From Desulfobacterales bacterium (GTDB taxonomy: Bacteria; Desulfobacterota; Desulfobacteria; Desulfobacterales; JAHDSC01): a stretch of 64,000 nucleotides of DNA. Below, in pieces: positions 55,504-64,000 of this stretch. Within the stretch, counting starts at the first letter, position 1. Each line of letters opens with the position of its first letter. The stretch is taken from NCBI GenBank assembly GCA_016931455.1, contig JAFGES010000065.1, forward strand, positions 2,097 through 66,096, written 5' to 3'. The notes under the pieces are model-generated. The model was not told where the DNA came from, did not search any database, and saw only the letters and a list, made by a program, of their open reading frames with translations. Made by a program: the position numbers and the translations under genes.

Positions 55504-56355
55504 ATGAATCCGGATAGCCAATTTAACGGCCAATTGACGGCAAAAATTATCTTAAAACAAAGCGTCGGCTCTAATGATCCGAAAACGTTTTGTGATTTTT
55601 TAGCTGTCGAAACCAGCCTTTCCAAAAGCAAAATCAAAAAGGCAATGATTAAAGGTGCGGCGTGGCTGCGAAAGAAGGGCGGCAAACGCAAACGCATCCG
55701 AAGGGCTGCCTTAGCGGTTAAAACAGGGGATTATCTGGAATTTTATTATGATGAAAAATTGCTTGCTCAAACCGCTCCTCAGGGTAAATGTCTGTATGAT
55801 TACCGGCACTACAGCCTGTGGTACAAACCCAGTGGCTTGATGAGCCAGGGCACCTTGTACGGTGATCATTGTTCACTTTTAAGACAGGCTGAAGTCTATT
55901 TCAAGCCGCCACGTAAGGTTTTTCTTGTCCACCGGCTTGATCGGGAGGCTGCTGGGTTGATGATTTTGGTCCACAGTAAAATCGCCGCGGCAAAATTTTC
56001 AGATCTCTTTAAAAAAAATCAAATCGTCAAACAGTATCGCATTGATGTTCGCGGCAATTTGACGCAATATCAACGATCGGGTATGATCACTTTGCCGTTG
56101 GAAGGCAAAACGGCAATAACGGAATTTGAAGTCGAGGCTTTCAATCCTCGGAAAAATATATCGACCGTTGATGTTGGGATCAAAACCGGCCGCTTACACC
56201 AAATCCGACGCCATTTCGAAATGATCGGTTTTCCGGTGATGGGTGATCCCAAATATGGTCAAGGCAATAAAAATACCGAAGGCATGAAACTTGTCGCCAC
56301 GGCGCTGAGATTCCGCTGTCCGTTCAGCCGGAAAGAGATGGTATTTGAGCTGTAA
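55504..56355 (+). CDS. RluA-family pseudouridine synthase
   Basis: The catalytic motif is HRLDREAAGLMIL, and the C-terminal motif is TGRLHQIRRH. Confidence 0.85.
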   Translation: MNPDSQFNGQLTAKIILKQSVGSNDPKTFCDFLAVETSLSKSKIKKAMIKGAAWLRKKGGKRKRIRRAALAVKTGDYLEFYYDEKLLAQTAPQGKCLYDYRHYSLWYKPSGLMSQGTLYGDHCSLLRQAEVYFKPPRKVFLVHRLDREAAGLMILVHSKIAAAKFSDLFKKNQIVKQYRIDVRGNLTQYQRSGMITLPLEGKTAITEFEVEAFNPRKNISTVDVGIKTGRLHQIRRHFEMIGFPVMGDPKYGQGNKNTEGMKLVATALRFRCPFSRKEMVFEL

Positions 56356-56365
56356 AATTTATGTC

Positions 56366-57376
56366 TTATGTCTTAGCACTTAAATAGTGTTTTTTTAAAT
56401 TCATGATCCTTTCTACCGATTTTATTCCTCTTTGCTTCAATACCGAATCATCTTGCAGCTTCTGAAGCATGCTTTCAAATGCGTACTCGATGTTCGGGCC
56501 TTGATGGCAAATAAGGGTGATATCAATATCGGCTGCCAGAATCTGCCTGATGACGATTTCAATGTCATAGTGTTTATCAATTGCACCCATATCCAAATCA
56601 TCCGTGATCACGAGGCCGTCATAGCTCATCGTATCCCGCAGAAGATTCTTTGCAATTCGCACGGATAAAGTAGCCGGCCATTGGGGATCGATTTTCGTAT
56701 AAATTAAATGCGACAGCATGATGCCGGCGACGTTGTGCCGAATAGCAGCCTCAAAGGGCGGGAGATCGAAAGACTGCATGGCAGTAAGATCTACATCGAT
56801 TCTCGGCAGATCCACATGCGGATCTTTTGTGCTGCGGCCGATTCCGGGAAAATGTTTGGCAACGGCCATGAGCCCGTTTTTTTGTAAGTGTTCGATCACT
56901 TCGACTCCTAAATCCGACACCCACTGGGGATCATTCCCGAAAACGCGGCCGGCCATGACACTTTGAATGTCTTTCGGCGCCACGTCCATGACCGGTGCTA
57001 AATTCATATTGATTCCGACGCCGGTCAATTCAGCGGCTGTTATCCGCCCAAAATGCCTAGCATCCTCTTTTGCCGGCATCTTCGGATTTCCGGGAAATTT
57101 CGTAAAGGGTTCTTTGAGACGAGCTACTTGGCCGCCTTCTTGATCAATAGAAATAAATAAAGGGGGTAGACCGCACGAGCGGGCATATTCTTGAACCGAT
57201 ACACACAGACCTTTGATTTGAGCCGGGTCGAGGACATTGCGGGAAAAAAGTATAATACCGCCCACTTTTAACGTATCGAGCATAAACATTAGATTTCGGT
57301 TCAATTCGGTACCATCAAAACCGATCATCAGGCGCTGACCGACCAACTGTTCATTTGAAAATTGTTTGATATTCAT
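56366..57376 (-). CDS. nagZ: Beta-N-acetylhexosaminidase (GH3) NagZ
   Basis: Motifs IDQEGGQVARL, KHFPGIG and VITDDLDMGA. Confidence 0.85.
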   Translation of the reverse strand: MNIKQFSNEQLVGQRLMIGFDGTELNRNLMFMLDTLKVGGIILFSRNVLDPAQIKGLCVSVQEYARSCGLPPLFISIDQEGGQVARLKEPFTKFPGNPKMPAKEDARHFGRITAAELTGVGINMNLAPVMDVAPKDIQSVMAGRVFGNDPQWVSDLGVEVIEHLQKNGLMAVAKHFPGIGRSTKDPHVDLPRIDVDLTAMQSFDLPPFEAAIRHNVAGIMLSHLIYTKIDPQWPATLSVRIAKNLLRDTMSYDGLVITDDLDMGAIDKHYDIEIVIRQILAADIDITLICHQGPNIEYAFESMLQKLQDDSVLKQRGIKSVERIMNLKKHYLSAKT

Positions 57377-57391
57377 AGGGTTCCTTTATAC

Positions 57392-58456
57392 TTACCGGGA
57401 GAGTTGATATTTGCGAACCGCTTTATAATGGTCTTTTATGTTTTTTGAAAATTTGTGGGTGTTGTCACGCTTTGAAACAAAATACAGAAAATTCGTTTCT
57501 TCCGGGTAAAGTGCGGCTTCGAGGGATTTGATTCCCGGATTGGCAATGGGTCCGGGCGGGAGTCCGTGGATGAGATACGTATTATAAGGACTGTAGGTTG
57601 TCAGATGCTTGCGGGTGATATTGCCGTCAAAATTTTTTAAACCATAGATCACCGTCGGGTCACTCGCCAGACGTATTCTTTTTTTTAAACGGTTATGAAA
57701 GACGGAAGCGATCAGCGGACGTTCCGATGCAGTGCCGGTTTCCTTTTCGATCATCGATGCGAGAGTGACAATCTGGTGAACTGAAAGGTTGAGATTTTGA
57801 GCCCGTTTTTTCCATTCCGGTGTAAACACCTTCCAAAATTGCCTCACCATTTCGGCAATGATTTGATCGGCCCTGATCCCTTTGGGAAAATAATAGGTAT
57901 TAGGGAAAAGATATCCTTCAAATGTGTCCGCATCGATTCCACCGGCTTTGACGGCCGCAGTGTTTTCAGCCGCCTTTAGAAAATTTTCCTCGGTTTCCAA
58001 TCCGGCTTGAGCGATCAGTGTTGCAATTTGATGGAGATTATATCCTTCAGGTACGGTGAGCCGGTGAAGATAGATTTTTCCGAGCGTCAGTATGTTTAGG
58101 ATCTCTAAAGGTGAAAGGGTAGGGGAGAGTTGATATTCGCCGGCTTTGATCTGTTTATCATACCCTTTAAACCGAGCGATGATCCTGAATTTGTATGGAT
58201 ACCGAATTAAAGCGGCTTGATGCAATTCGGCGGTCAAAGTCTTGAAACTTTCCCCTCGATGGATGGTTACAAATTTATTGATATGATTCGGACTTGCCGA
58301 TTGACCGGCATATTGCCGAAGGTCCAGCAAAATAAGGCCTGCAATAAGAATCGATAAAAGGGCGATGATCGTAAGGATTATTTTTATTTTTTTCAATCTG
58401 AGCTTTTGATGCCTTTGTAAAAAGTCAAAATTTTGCGGCAGCCTTGATGCCCGCAT
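57392..58456 (-). CDS. mltG: Endolytic murein transglycosylase MltG (YceG-like)
   Basis: An N-terminal TM segment and the YceG motifs (LEGYLFPNTYYF, LASMIEKET, YNTY) are present. Confidence 0.85.
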   Translation of the reverse strand: MRASRLPQNFDFLQRHQKLRLKKIKIILTIIALLSILIAGLILLDLRQYAGQSASPNHINKFVTIHRGESFKTLTAELHQAALIRYPYKFRIIARFKGYDKQIKAGEYQLSPTLSPLEILNILTLGKIYLHRLTVPEGYNLHQIATLIAQAGLETEENFLKAAENTAAVKAGGIDADTFEGYLFPNTYYFPKGIRADQIIAEMVRQFWKVFTPEWKKRAQNLNLSVHQIVTLASMIEKETGTASERPLIASVFHNRLKKRIRLASDPTVIYGLKNFDGNITRKHLTTYSPYNTYLIHGLPPGPIANPGIKSLEAALYPEETNFLYFVSKRDNTHKFSKNIKDHYKAVRKYQLSR

Positions 58457-58994
58457 TTAGTGCCTTTAAATTCACTTCTTTAGTGCCCTTGGGAGCCAGA
58501 CCCACGAGCGCTTTTTGAAGTGAATCACGAGATACGATATTTGAAATCCGGCAAATTGATCCTAAGGCCACGATATTTGCCACTATGGTTTTACCGATTT
58601 GCGTTCGTGCGATATGCGTAAAAGGTATAAAAATCGTATCCGTAATAGGCGATTCTTTGACAAAGGTGGAATCAACGATAAGTTTTCCGGAAGGTTTCAG
58701 GTCCGAAAAATAGGTGTCACAGGCGTTCTGGCTCATGGCAAGCAAGAGGTCGACGCCCAGTGCCTTTGGGTACAAGATCGGTGCATCGCTGACCACAATC
58801 TCCGCTTTGCTTTTGCCCCCACGGGCTTCCGGACCGTAACTTTGAGTCTGGGTAACATATTTACCTTCATAAATTCCGATTGCTTCCGCCAGGACTATTC
58901 CCGCAAAAATCAATCCCTGTCCACCGAATCCGGAAAGTCTGATCTCATAACGTTCGGCCATACGATCTTTTTTTATCGACGTCATCACCACCAA
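58425..58994 (-). CDS. 2-oxoacid:ferredoxin oxidoreductase, gamma subunit
   Basis: The sequence reads IRLSGFGGQGLIFAGIVLAEA. It is the last gene of the delta-alpha-beta-gamma set. Confidence 0.85.
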   Translation of the reverse strand: MVVMTSIKKDRMAERYEIRLSGFGGQGLIFAGIVLAEAIGIYEGKYVTQTQSYGPEARGGKSKAEIVVSDAPILYPKALGVDLLLAMSQNACDTYFSDLKPSGKLIVDSTFVKESPITDTIFIPFTHIARTQIGKTIVANIVALGSICRISNIVSRDSLQKALVGLAPKGTKEVNLKALNAGIKAAAKF

Positions 58995-59005
58995 TTCTTA
59001 AGCGT

Positions 59006-59839
59006 TTATTTTTCTGAGAGTTGAGCGCGTTGTTTCACTTTTTCATATTCATCGTAGTAGATCGGAAGGTTTTGATCAGTTATTACACCAATAGTGAATT
59101 TGTCTTTTAACTCTTCAATCGTCATTTTTTGAGCCTTTTCAACGGTCACGGCATGGTCTTTCTGCCACTTCATCATATCGATATGCGTTCCTTTTTGATT
59201 CAGTTTGCCGTATTGAATGTGACAATGCGTGATAATTTCCACCAATGAAAAACCCGGTTTTTGAATCGCTTTTTCGATTAGAACGTGCAGCATTTCAGCA
59301 TGATAGACGGTGCCGCGCGCTACAAAACCGGCACCTGCGGTGACGATCAGTTCCGATATGTTGAATGCTCTTTCGATATGGTTGTAAGGCGATGTAGTCG
59401 ACCGCATGCCGTAGGGTGTGGTCGGCGAATGCTGCCCGCCGGTCATGCCGTAAATATTATTGTTCATGATAATTGCAGTTAAATTCAAGTTGCGTCGGGC
59501 GGCATGAATCAAGTGGTTGCCGCCGATGGCCATTGCATCTCCATCTCCCATAATGACAATAACCTTCAGATGCGGCCGGGCCAGTTTGATGCCGGTGGCA
59601 AAGGTCAAAGCCCGTCCGTGGACCGTATGCAGCGTATTGAAATCCACGTATACCGGCATACGGCTGGAGCAGCCGATTCCGGAAACAAGAACGATATCGT
59701 CCCGATTATATCCCAGGTGATGAATGGATCGGATCAAGGCGCCCAGAGCGATGCCGTTGCCGCATCCCGGGCACCAGACATGAGGGAATTTTTTATCATG
59801 CCGCAGATACTGATGAACCAGATGAGTCGTCAAAGGCAT
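59006..59839 (-). CDS. 2-oxoacid:ferredoxin oxidoreductase, beta (TPP-binding) subunit
   Basis: Motifs WCPGCGNG, GDGD and GMTGGQ. Confidence 0.9.
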   Translation of the reverse strand: MPLTTHLVHQYLRHDKKFPHVWCPGCGNGIALGALIRSIHHLGYNRDDIVLVSGIGCSSRMPVYVDFNTLHTVHGRALTFATGIKLARPHLKVIVIMGDGDAMAIGGNHLIHAARRNLNLTAIIMNNNIYGMTGGQHSPTTPYGMRSTTSPYNHIERAFNISELIVTAGAGFVARGTVYHAEMLHVLIEKAIQKPGFSLVEIITHCHIQYGKLNQKGTHIDMMKWQKDHAVTVEKAQKMTIEELKDKFTIGVITDQNLPIYYDEYEKVKQRAQLSEK

Positions 59840-61005
59840 TAGAGGACCTCATGTATTTTTTCGAAAATTTCATCCGGCGTGATTAAATTGCCGTCGTAAC
59901 GATTCAGTCGGATGATGGGACACTGCCGGCTATTGACGCGTTTTACCTCTTGCGAAATCTGGCCGAAATTCATCTCAGGTACAATCACGGCCTTGGATTT
60001 ATGGAGAACATTTTCAACATGCCGACAAGGAAAAGGAAAAAGGGTGATCAACTGCAGTAAACCGACTTTAAAGCCTTTTTCCCTGGCCGTTTCAGTGGCC
60101 TGAAGAGCGGAACGGGCTACCGAACCATAGGCGATGATCGTGATGTCGGCATCATCGGTATAAAAATTGTTTACCATCTGAATTTCAGCGGCATAGTGTG
60201 AAATTTTTCGGCCCATCCTTTTATAAAACGCCCTGATCTCATCTTGATTTTCAGTCGGAAAGCCGTGCATATCATGGACCAGGCCGGTGACATGATATCT
60301 GTAGCCGTCTCCGAATGCGGCCATCGGCGGTACCCCGCGCACTGTATCTTCGTAGGGAATATACCATTCCGGCGGCACCGCGGGTTTTACGCGGTTGATA
60401 ATCTCAAGGCTTTCGGCAGCAGGTCGTATAAACCTTTCACGCGTATGCGCGATCACTTCATCGGATAGAATGATGACGGGAGTTCTAAACTTTTCTGCAA
60501 GGTTAAAAGCCGTGACGGTAATGCTGAAGCAATCGGCAACCGAGGAAACGGCTAAAACGATACTAGTATGATTGCCGTGCGTACCCCATCGAGCCTGCAT
60601 AACATCTGCCTGAGAAGGATGGGTGGGAAGACCGGTGCTGGGACCACCTCGCATGACATTAACTAAAACGCAGGGAACTTCAGTCATGTAGGCGAATCCT
60701 AAAATTTCCTGCATCAATGAAAAACCCGGTCCGCTGGTAGCGGTCATTGCCTTGAGGCCGGATAGGGATGCCCCCACAACCGCTCCAAGGCTTGCAATCT
60801 CGTCTTCCATCTGGATAAAAGTGCCGTCGAGTTTGGGCAGACGAACAGCCATGCTTTCTGCAATCTCTGTAGCCGGGGTGATGGGATAGCCGGCGAAAAA
60901 TCGACACCCCGCGGCCAGCGCCCCTTCGACAATGGCCTGGTTGCCATGGATCAGGATCGGTTTAGACGTATCATTTTTCGTCGGCATTTTTGCTTTTTGG
61001 GTCAA
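59839..61005 (-). CDS. 2-oxoacid:ferredoxin oxidoreductase, alpha subunit
   Basis: 388 aa with the typical N-terminus GNQAIVEGALAAGCRFFAGYPITPATEI. Confidence 0.9.
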   Translation of the reverse strand: MTQKAKMPTKNDTSKPILIHGNQAIVEGALAAGCRFFAGYPITPATEIAESMAVRLPKLDGTFIQMEDEIASLGAVVGASLSGLKAMTATSGPGFSLMQEILGFAYMTEVPCVLVNVMRGGPSTGLPTHPSQADVMQARWGTHGNHTSIVLAVSSVADCFSITVTAFNLAEKFRTPVIILSDEVIAHTRERFIRPAAESLEIINRVKPAVPPEWYIPYEDTVRGVPPMAAFGDGYRYHVTGLVHDMHGFPTENQDEIRAFYKRMGRKISHYAAEIQMVNNFYTDDADITIIAYGSVARSALQATETAREKGFKVGLLQLITLFPFPCRHVENVLHKSKAVIVPEMNFGQISQEVKRVNSRQCPIIRLNRYDGNLITPDEIFEKIHEVL

Positions 61006-61237
61006 AGCTCAGCTCCTTGTTCTTAACCTCGATGGCAAAATCCGGACAGCGAATTTCGCAAAGGCCGCAGCCGATACATGCCTCCGGGTTTTTGACGATC
61101 GGAAGACCGGATTCATCCTGAACCAGCACCGACTTTGGACAGAATTCAACACAGATTCCACAGCGTTTACACCAGTCCTTATATACTTTGATGCAGTATG
61201 CCTTTTTTGATTTTTTTTTGTGATCGGACTTCTGCAA
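60971..61237 (-). CDS. 2-oxoacid:ferredoxin oxidoreductase, delta (2x[4Fe-4S] ferredoxin) subunit
   Basis: It carries the two cluster motifs CKRCGICVEFCP and CIGCGLCEIRCP. Confidence 0.8.
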   Translation of the reverse strand: MQKSDHKKKSKKAYCIKVYKDWCKRCGICVEFCPKSVLVQDESGLPIVKNPEACIGCGLCEIRCPDFAIEVKNKELSFDPKSKNADEK

Positions 61238-61254
61238 TCTATCTCAGCCCTTCT

Positions 61255-61362
61255 TATAGACTTTCAGATAATTAATTTCACTGCGTTATCAGTCGTCGAA
61301 GTATAACTATAATACGTCTTCCTCCTTCTGGCCTTGTGAAATTAATTATCTGAAAGTCTATA
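61255..61362. repeat. Perfect 27-bp inverted repeat with 54-nt spacer
   Basis: TATAGACTTTCAGATAATTAATTTCAC (61255-61281) is the exact reverse complement of 61336-61362. It lies in the divergent kor/hemW intergenic region. Confidence 0.9.
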
Positions 61363-61424
61363 GTAAGATCATGAATAAATAGGATTAACCATTTTTGTAC
61401 TGTCGTAAGATTTTTGCTGATTGA

Positions 61425-62720
61425 TTGATTTTTTATTCAAATCATATATCATTAGTCAAAAAAAATTATTTAAGCCTTTCACCTAATAAGTTATCAAATG
61501 CCGTGTCAAGAAAAAAAAATAAAATAAAGATCGATTCACCGCCAGCGCAAACACAGCCTGCAGGGATTTATATCCATATTCCATTTTGTATTCAAAAATG
61601 CAGTTACTGTGATTTTTATTCTATTACCAACCTAAGGTTTAAACAAGAATTTATTGAGGCTTTAAAGCAGGAAATGCATTTATGCAGTGAAAGTTCTCTG
61701 CAATTTGACAGCTTGTATATCGGTGGGGGAACCCCTTCTATTTTGGAATCCGAACAAATACGGGAGATCATCGAAACCGCATACCCATGTTTTCAAATTA
61801 TGCCGGCAGCGGAAATTACCATTGAAATAAACCCCGGAACCGTTTCATTGGATAAACTGAAGCATTATCGCAGTTTTAATATCAATCGAATCAATATCGG
61901 GATCCAATCCTTTCAGGATGCTCAACTTAAGTTTCTGGGGCGAATACATTCAAGCAAACAGGCGGAAATTTCGATTAACGGGGCCCGCAAAGCCGGGTTT
62001 GAAAATTTAGGACTGGATCTTATTTACGGTATCCCCGGCCAGACCGTGAAATCTTGGCTTTCGGATTTGAAGCGAGCCGTTGAATTCGAACCTGAGCATC
62101 TTTCCTGTTATATGCTTACCTATGAATCCGGTACCCCCATGGAAATAGACCTGCAGAAGGGGTGTTTCACGCCATTGTCCGAATCTTTCATTGCTGAGCT
62201 CTATTTGGCCACCATATCCTTTTTGAATGCCCGGGGCTATATTCAGTACGAGATATCCAATTTTGCCAAGTCAAAATCCAATCGATCGCGTCATAACCGC
62301 AAATACTGGTCTTTTGCTCCTTATATCGGCTTGGGACCTTCCGCCCATTCTTACCTGGAACCCTGCCGCCGCTGGAATCACCGCTGCTTAAAATCATATA
62401 TCAAAGACCTGGCGGCCGGTTGCCTGCCGATCGCAGGGCAAGAGATATTAACTCAACAGCAGCAGATGATCGAAGTGATTTATTTAGGACTGCGGCAAAC
62501 CGACGGCATTGCCTTGGATGAATTTGAGAAAAAATTCGGTGTCGGCTTTGAGCAACTCTTTGCCGATGTTCTTTCATTTCTCAAAGAAAGGGGATTCATC
62601 CGGCCGATTCAAACTCATTGTGCACTGTTGCCCGAAGGTATGCTGCTACTTGACAGCATCACGTCCATGTTTGTCGAACAAATACCCTATGGATTTTCCG
62701 TGACCCTCATCGGCTCCTGA
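61425..62720 (+). CDS. hemW: Radical SAM heme chaperone / oxygen-independent coproporphyrinogen oxidase-like HemW
   Basis: The motifs are YIHIPFCIQKCSYCDF (CxxxCxxC) and SLYIGGGTP. The real start may be GTG near 61507. Confidence 0.85.
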   Translation: MIFYSNHISLVKKNYLSLSPNKLSNAVSRKKNKIKIDSPPAQTQPAGIYIHIPFCIQKCSYCDFYSITNLRFKQEFIEALKQEMHLCSESSLQFDSLYIGGGTPSILESEQIREIIETAYPCFQIMPAAEITIEINPGTVSLDKLKHYRSFNINRINIGIQSFQDAQLKFLGRIHSSKQAEISINGARKAGFENLGLDLIYGIPGQTVKSWLSDLKRAVEFEPEHLSCYMLTYESGTPMEIDLQKGCFTPLSESFIAELYLATISFLNARGYIQYEISNFAKSKSNRSRHNRKYWSFAPYIGLGPSAHSYLEPCRRWNHRCLKSYIKDLAAGCLPIAGQEILTQQQQMIEVIYLGLRQTDGIALDEFEKKFGVGFEQLFADVLSFLKERGFIRPIQTHCALLPEGMLLLDSITSMFVEQIPYGFSVTLIGS

Positions 62721-64000
62721 GTTTACGGGTATCTCCGACCCGAATGGTCACATTTTTGGCATCAAAATATTCGATCAAGGGAATCAAATACTTACGGGAT
62801 ACACCGGCAATATCCTTAAACTGCGGGGTTGTCATTTCTCCTTTAGATATCAGAAAATCAACGACCTTACGCTTTAATTCATTGACAGCCTCGACATGAA
62901 AATAAAGATCTTCTTTGATCTTAAAAAGTTTGCCTTCTTCGACCAACAGCATCAAAACATCTTTGGCCTGAGAGGTATTTATATCCAGCGTTTTGTCCAA
63001 TTCCTTGAAATAAGGCGGTGTCAGCCCGCTTTGGATATAAACGTCCAGGATCTTGTCTTTGATATCGGATTGATCGACACCCAGGGAGACCGTGTGAGAT
63101 GCCAGGCAGACCGTATTTTCGGCCTGGATGATTTCTTTTTCCCGTATCATCTGATCGAGCATGAGGCTGAAGAGCTTGGAATCCAGGAGCGCCGGAAACT
63201 TGGATTTGAGTTCCTCTTTGGACATGCCCGTTTTAAGGGGGTAGGCTTGGTGATAATCCTGAAGATAGCCGGCGGTTTCTTTTTTTATTTTTTTAAGGTT
63301 ATCGCCGTGGATATAGATTTGATTTTTTTTATCGAATTGAACAACAGCTTTTTTCGACATCAACTCCTGCAGCAGATTTTGAAGCTGCTTTTCAGGGATG
63401 TTGGTCATGATCTTAAGATCGGAAAAATTTACCCCTCGATAACCGGATTCGGACACATGAAAAGCGATAATTTTTTCAGGTTCACCATTGACAAGGCCCT
63501 TTAATCCATCGAAAATTTCCGGTTTAAGGCGCTTATGCTTGCGGGGAATCGGATTGAGGATATGGCCGCCGCCGATGGTGCGAACCGGGGAATAGCTGCG
63601 AATGACGAATTTATCATCTTTAACGACTGCCGTTGCTGTGTCCAGCCGCAACTGGGCGACTGCGGTTTCACCGGGAGCAAGCTCATCTCTGTCCAGAAAT
63701 ACGATAATGCCGAGCACTTCGCTGGTGCCGGTATGAAACCGGACGCGTGTCCGATTTTTAATCGGCTTTTTATTGCTTGCAAGAAAATGAATCGATACAT
63801 CGAGCATATAACCGGCGGTTAATGTTTTCGGACTTGCCAATACATCACCACGATTGACGGAGGTCTTTTCAAGTCCCTGAAAATTAATGGCGGTGCGCAT
63901 ACCGGCTTCGGCTTCATTGACGCTCTGATTATGGACCTGAATGCCACGGACTTTTGACGTAATTCCGGAAGGATAGATCATAATATCTTCGCCGACGGAA
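62707..64000 (-). CDS. selB: Selenocysteine-specific elongation factor SelB (3' part; the 5' end lies beyond the window)
   Basis: Domain II reads VRGIQVHNQSVNEAEAGMRTAINFQG and is followed by C-terminal winged-helix repeats. The reading frame stays open to the window edge. Confidence 0.85.
   Translation of the reverse strand, partial: SVGEDIMIYPSGITSKVRGIQVHNQSVNEAEAGMRTAINFQGLEKTSVNRGDVLASPKTLTAGYMLDVSIHFLASNKKPIKNRTRVRFHTGTSEVLGIIVFLDRDELAPGETAVAQLRLDTATAVVKDDKFVIRSYSPVRTIGGGHILNPIPRKHKRLKPEIFDGLKGLVNGEPEKIIAFHVSESGYRGVNFSDLKIMTNIPEKQLQNLLQELMSKKAVVQFDKKNQIYIHGDNLKKIKKETAGYLQDYHQAYPLKTGMSKEELKSKFPALLDSKLFSLMLDQMIREKEIIQAENTVCLASHTVSLGVDQSDIKDKILDVYIQSGLTPPYFKELDKTLDINTSQAKDVLMLLVEEGKLFKIKEDLYFHVEAVNELKRKVVDFLISKGEMTTPQFKDIAGVSRKYLIPLIEYFDAKNVTIRVGDTRKLRSR

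Noticed and set aside
62896-63504. A 202-aa plus-strand ORF and neighbouring ORFs lie antisense to selB.
   Set aside because: It is fully embedded in a well-supported SelB reading frame. Its composition is repetitive and F/I/L-rich, and it has no start-site signals.
1-64000. The whole window was checked for a CRISPR array, rRNA, integrase, recombinase, reverse transcriptase, or a classic defence island (RM, Abi, CBASS-like).
   Set aside because: No regularly spaced short repeats were seen. No ORF showed motifs of Cas proteins, tyrosine or serine recombinases, DDE transposases, RT (YxDD), or methyltransferase/restriction pairs.

Overview
This 64-kb chromosomal window is probably from an anaerobic, sulfate-reducer-like deltaproteobacterium (Desulfobacterota). 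That placement is inferred from gene content only: SelB, a four-subunit 2-oxoacid:ferredoxin oxidoreductase, DUF5320/NifX-like genes and sigma-54 promoters. Housekeeping blocks are ftsY-smc, tRNA-Lys/tRNA-Glu, trkAH, birA-bioY-ecfAT, dgkA, rluA-like, nagZ, mltG, korDABG-like, hemW and selB. Mosaic accessory segments lie between them. (1) 2.5-12.1 kb holds an orphan T6SS vgrG island: VgrG, a small beta-helix-like protein, DUF2169, a catalytically dead KAS-fold protein, and a PAAR-like (DUF4150) effector with an unassigned C-terminal domain. These are followed by an 0.8-kb AT-rich gap, two unknown proteins and a HEAT-like protein. (2) 23.2-32.6 kb holds a cobalamin riboswitch plus terminator controlling a tightly coupled operon. 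It encodes a signal-peptide/TM-anchored CobN-family chelatase, a MotA/ExbB-type channel, DUF2149, a secreted BtuF-CbiZ fusion and a TonB-dependent receptor. It has no AAA+ chelatase partners and no BtuCD. This is my top candidate for an uncharacterised system. (3) 32.6-36.9 kb holds a cluster with two near-identical sigma-54 promoters: an MBL hydrolase, an ArsP_2-type permease, DUF5320, a radical SAM-wHTH protein and a NifX-like/DUF5320-like fusion. The window also has an unusual density of gene remnants made by large internal deletions, many toxin-antitoxin modules (several decayed), and two cases where a duplicated gene 3' end brackets an inserted cassette. No CRISPR array, rRNA, integrase or recognisable transposase was seen.
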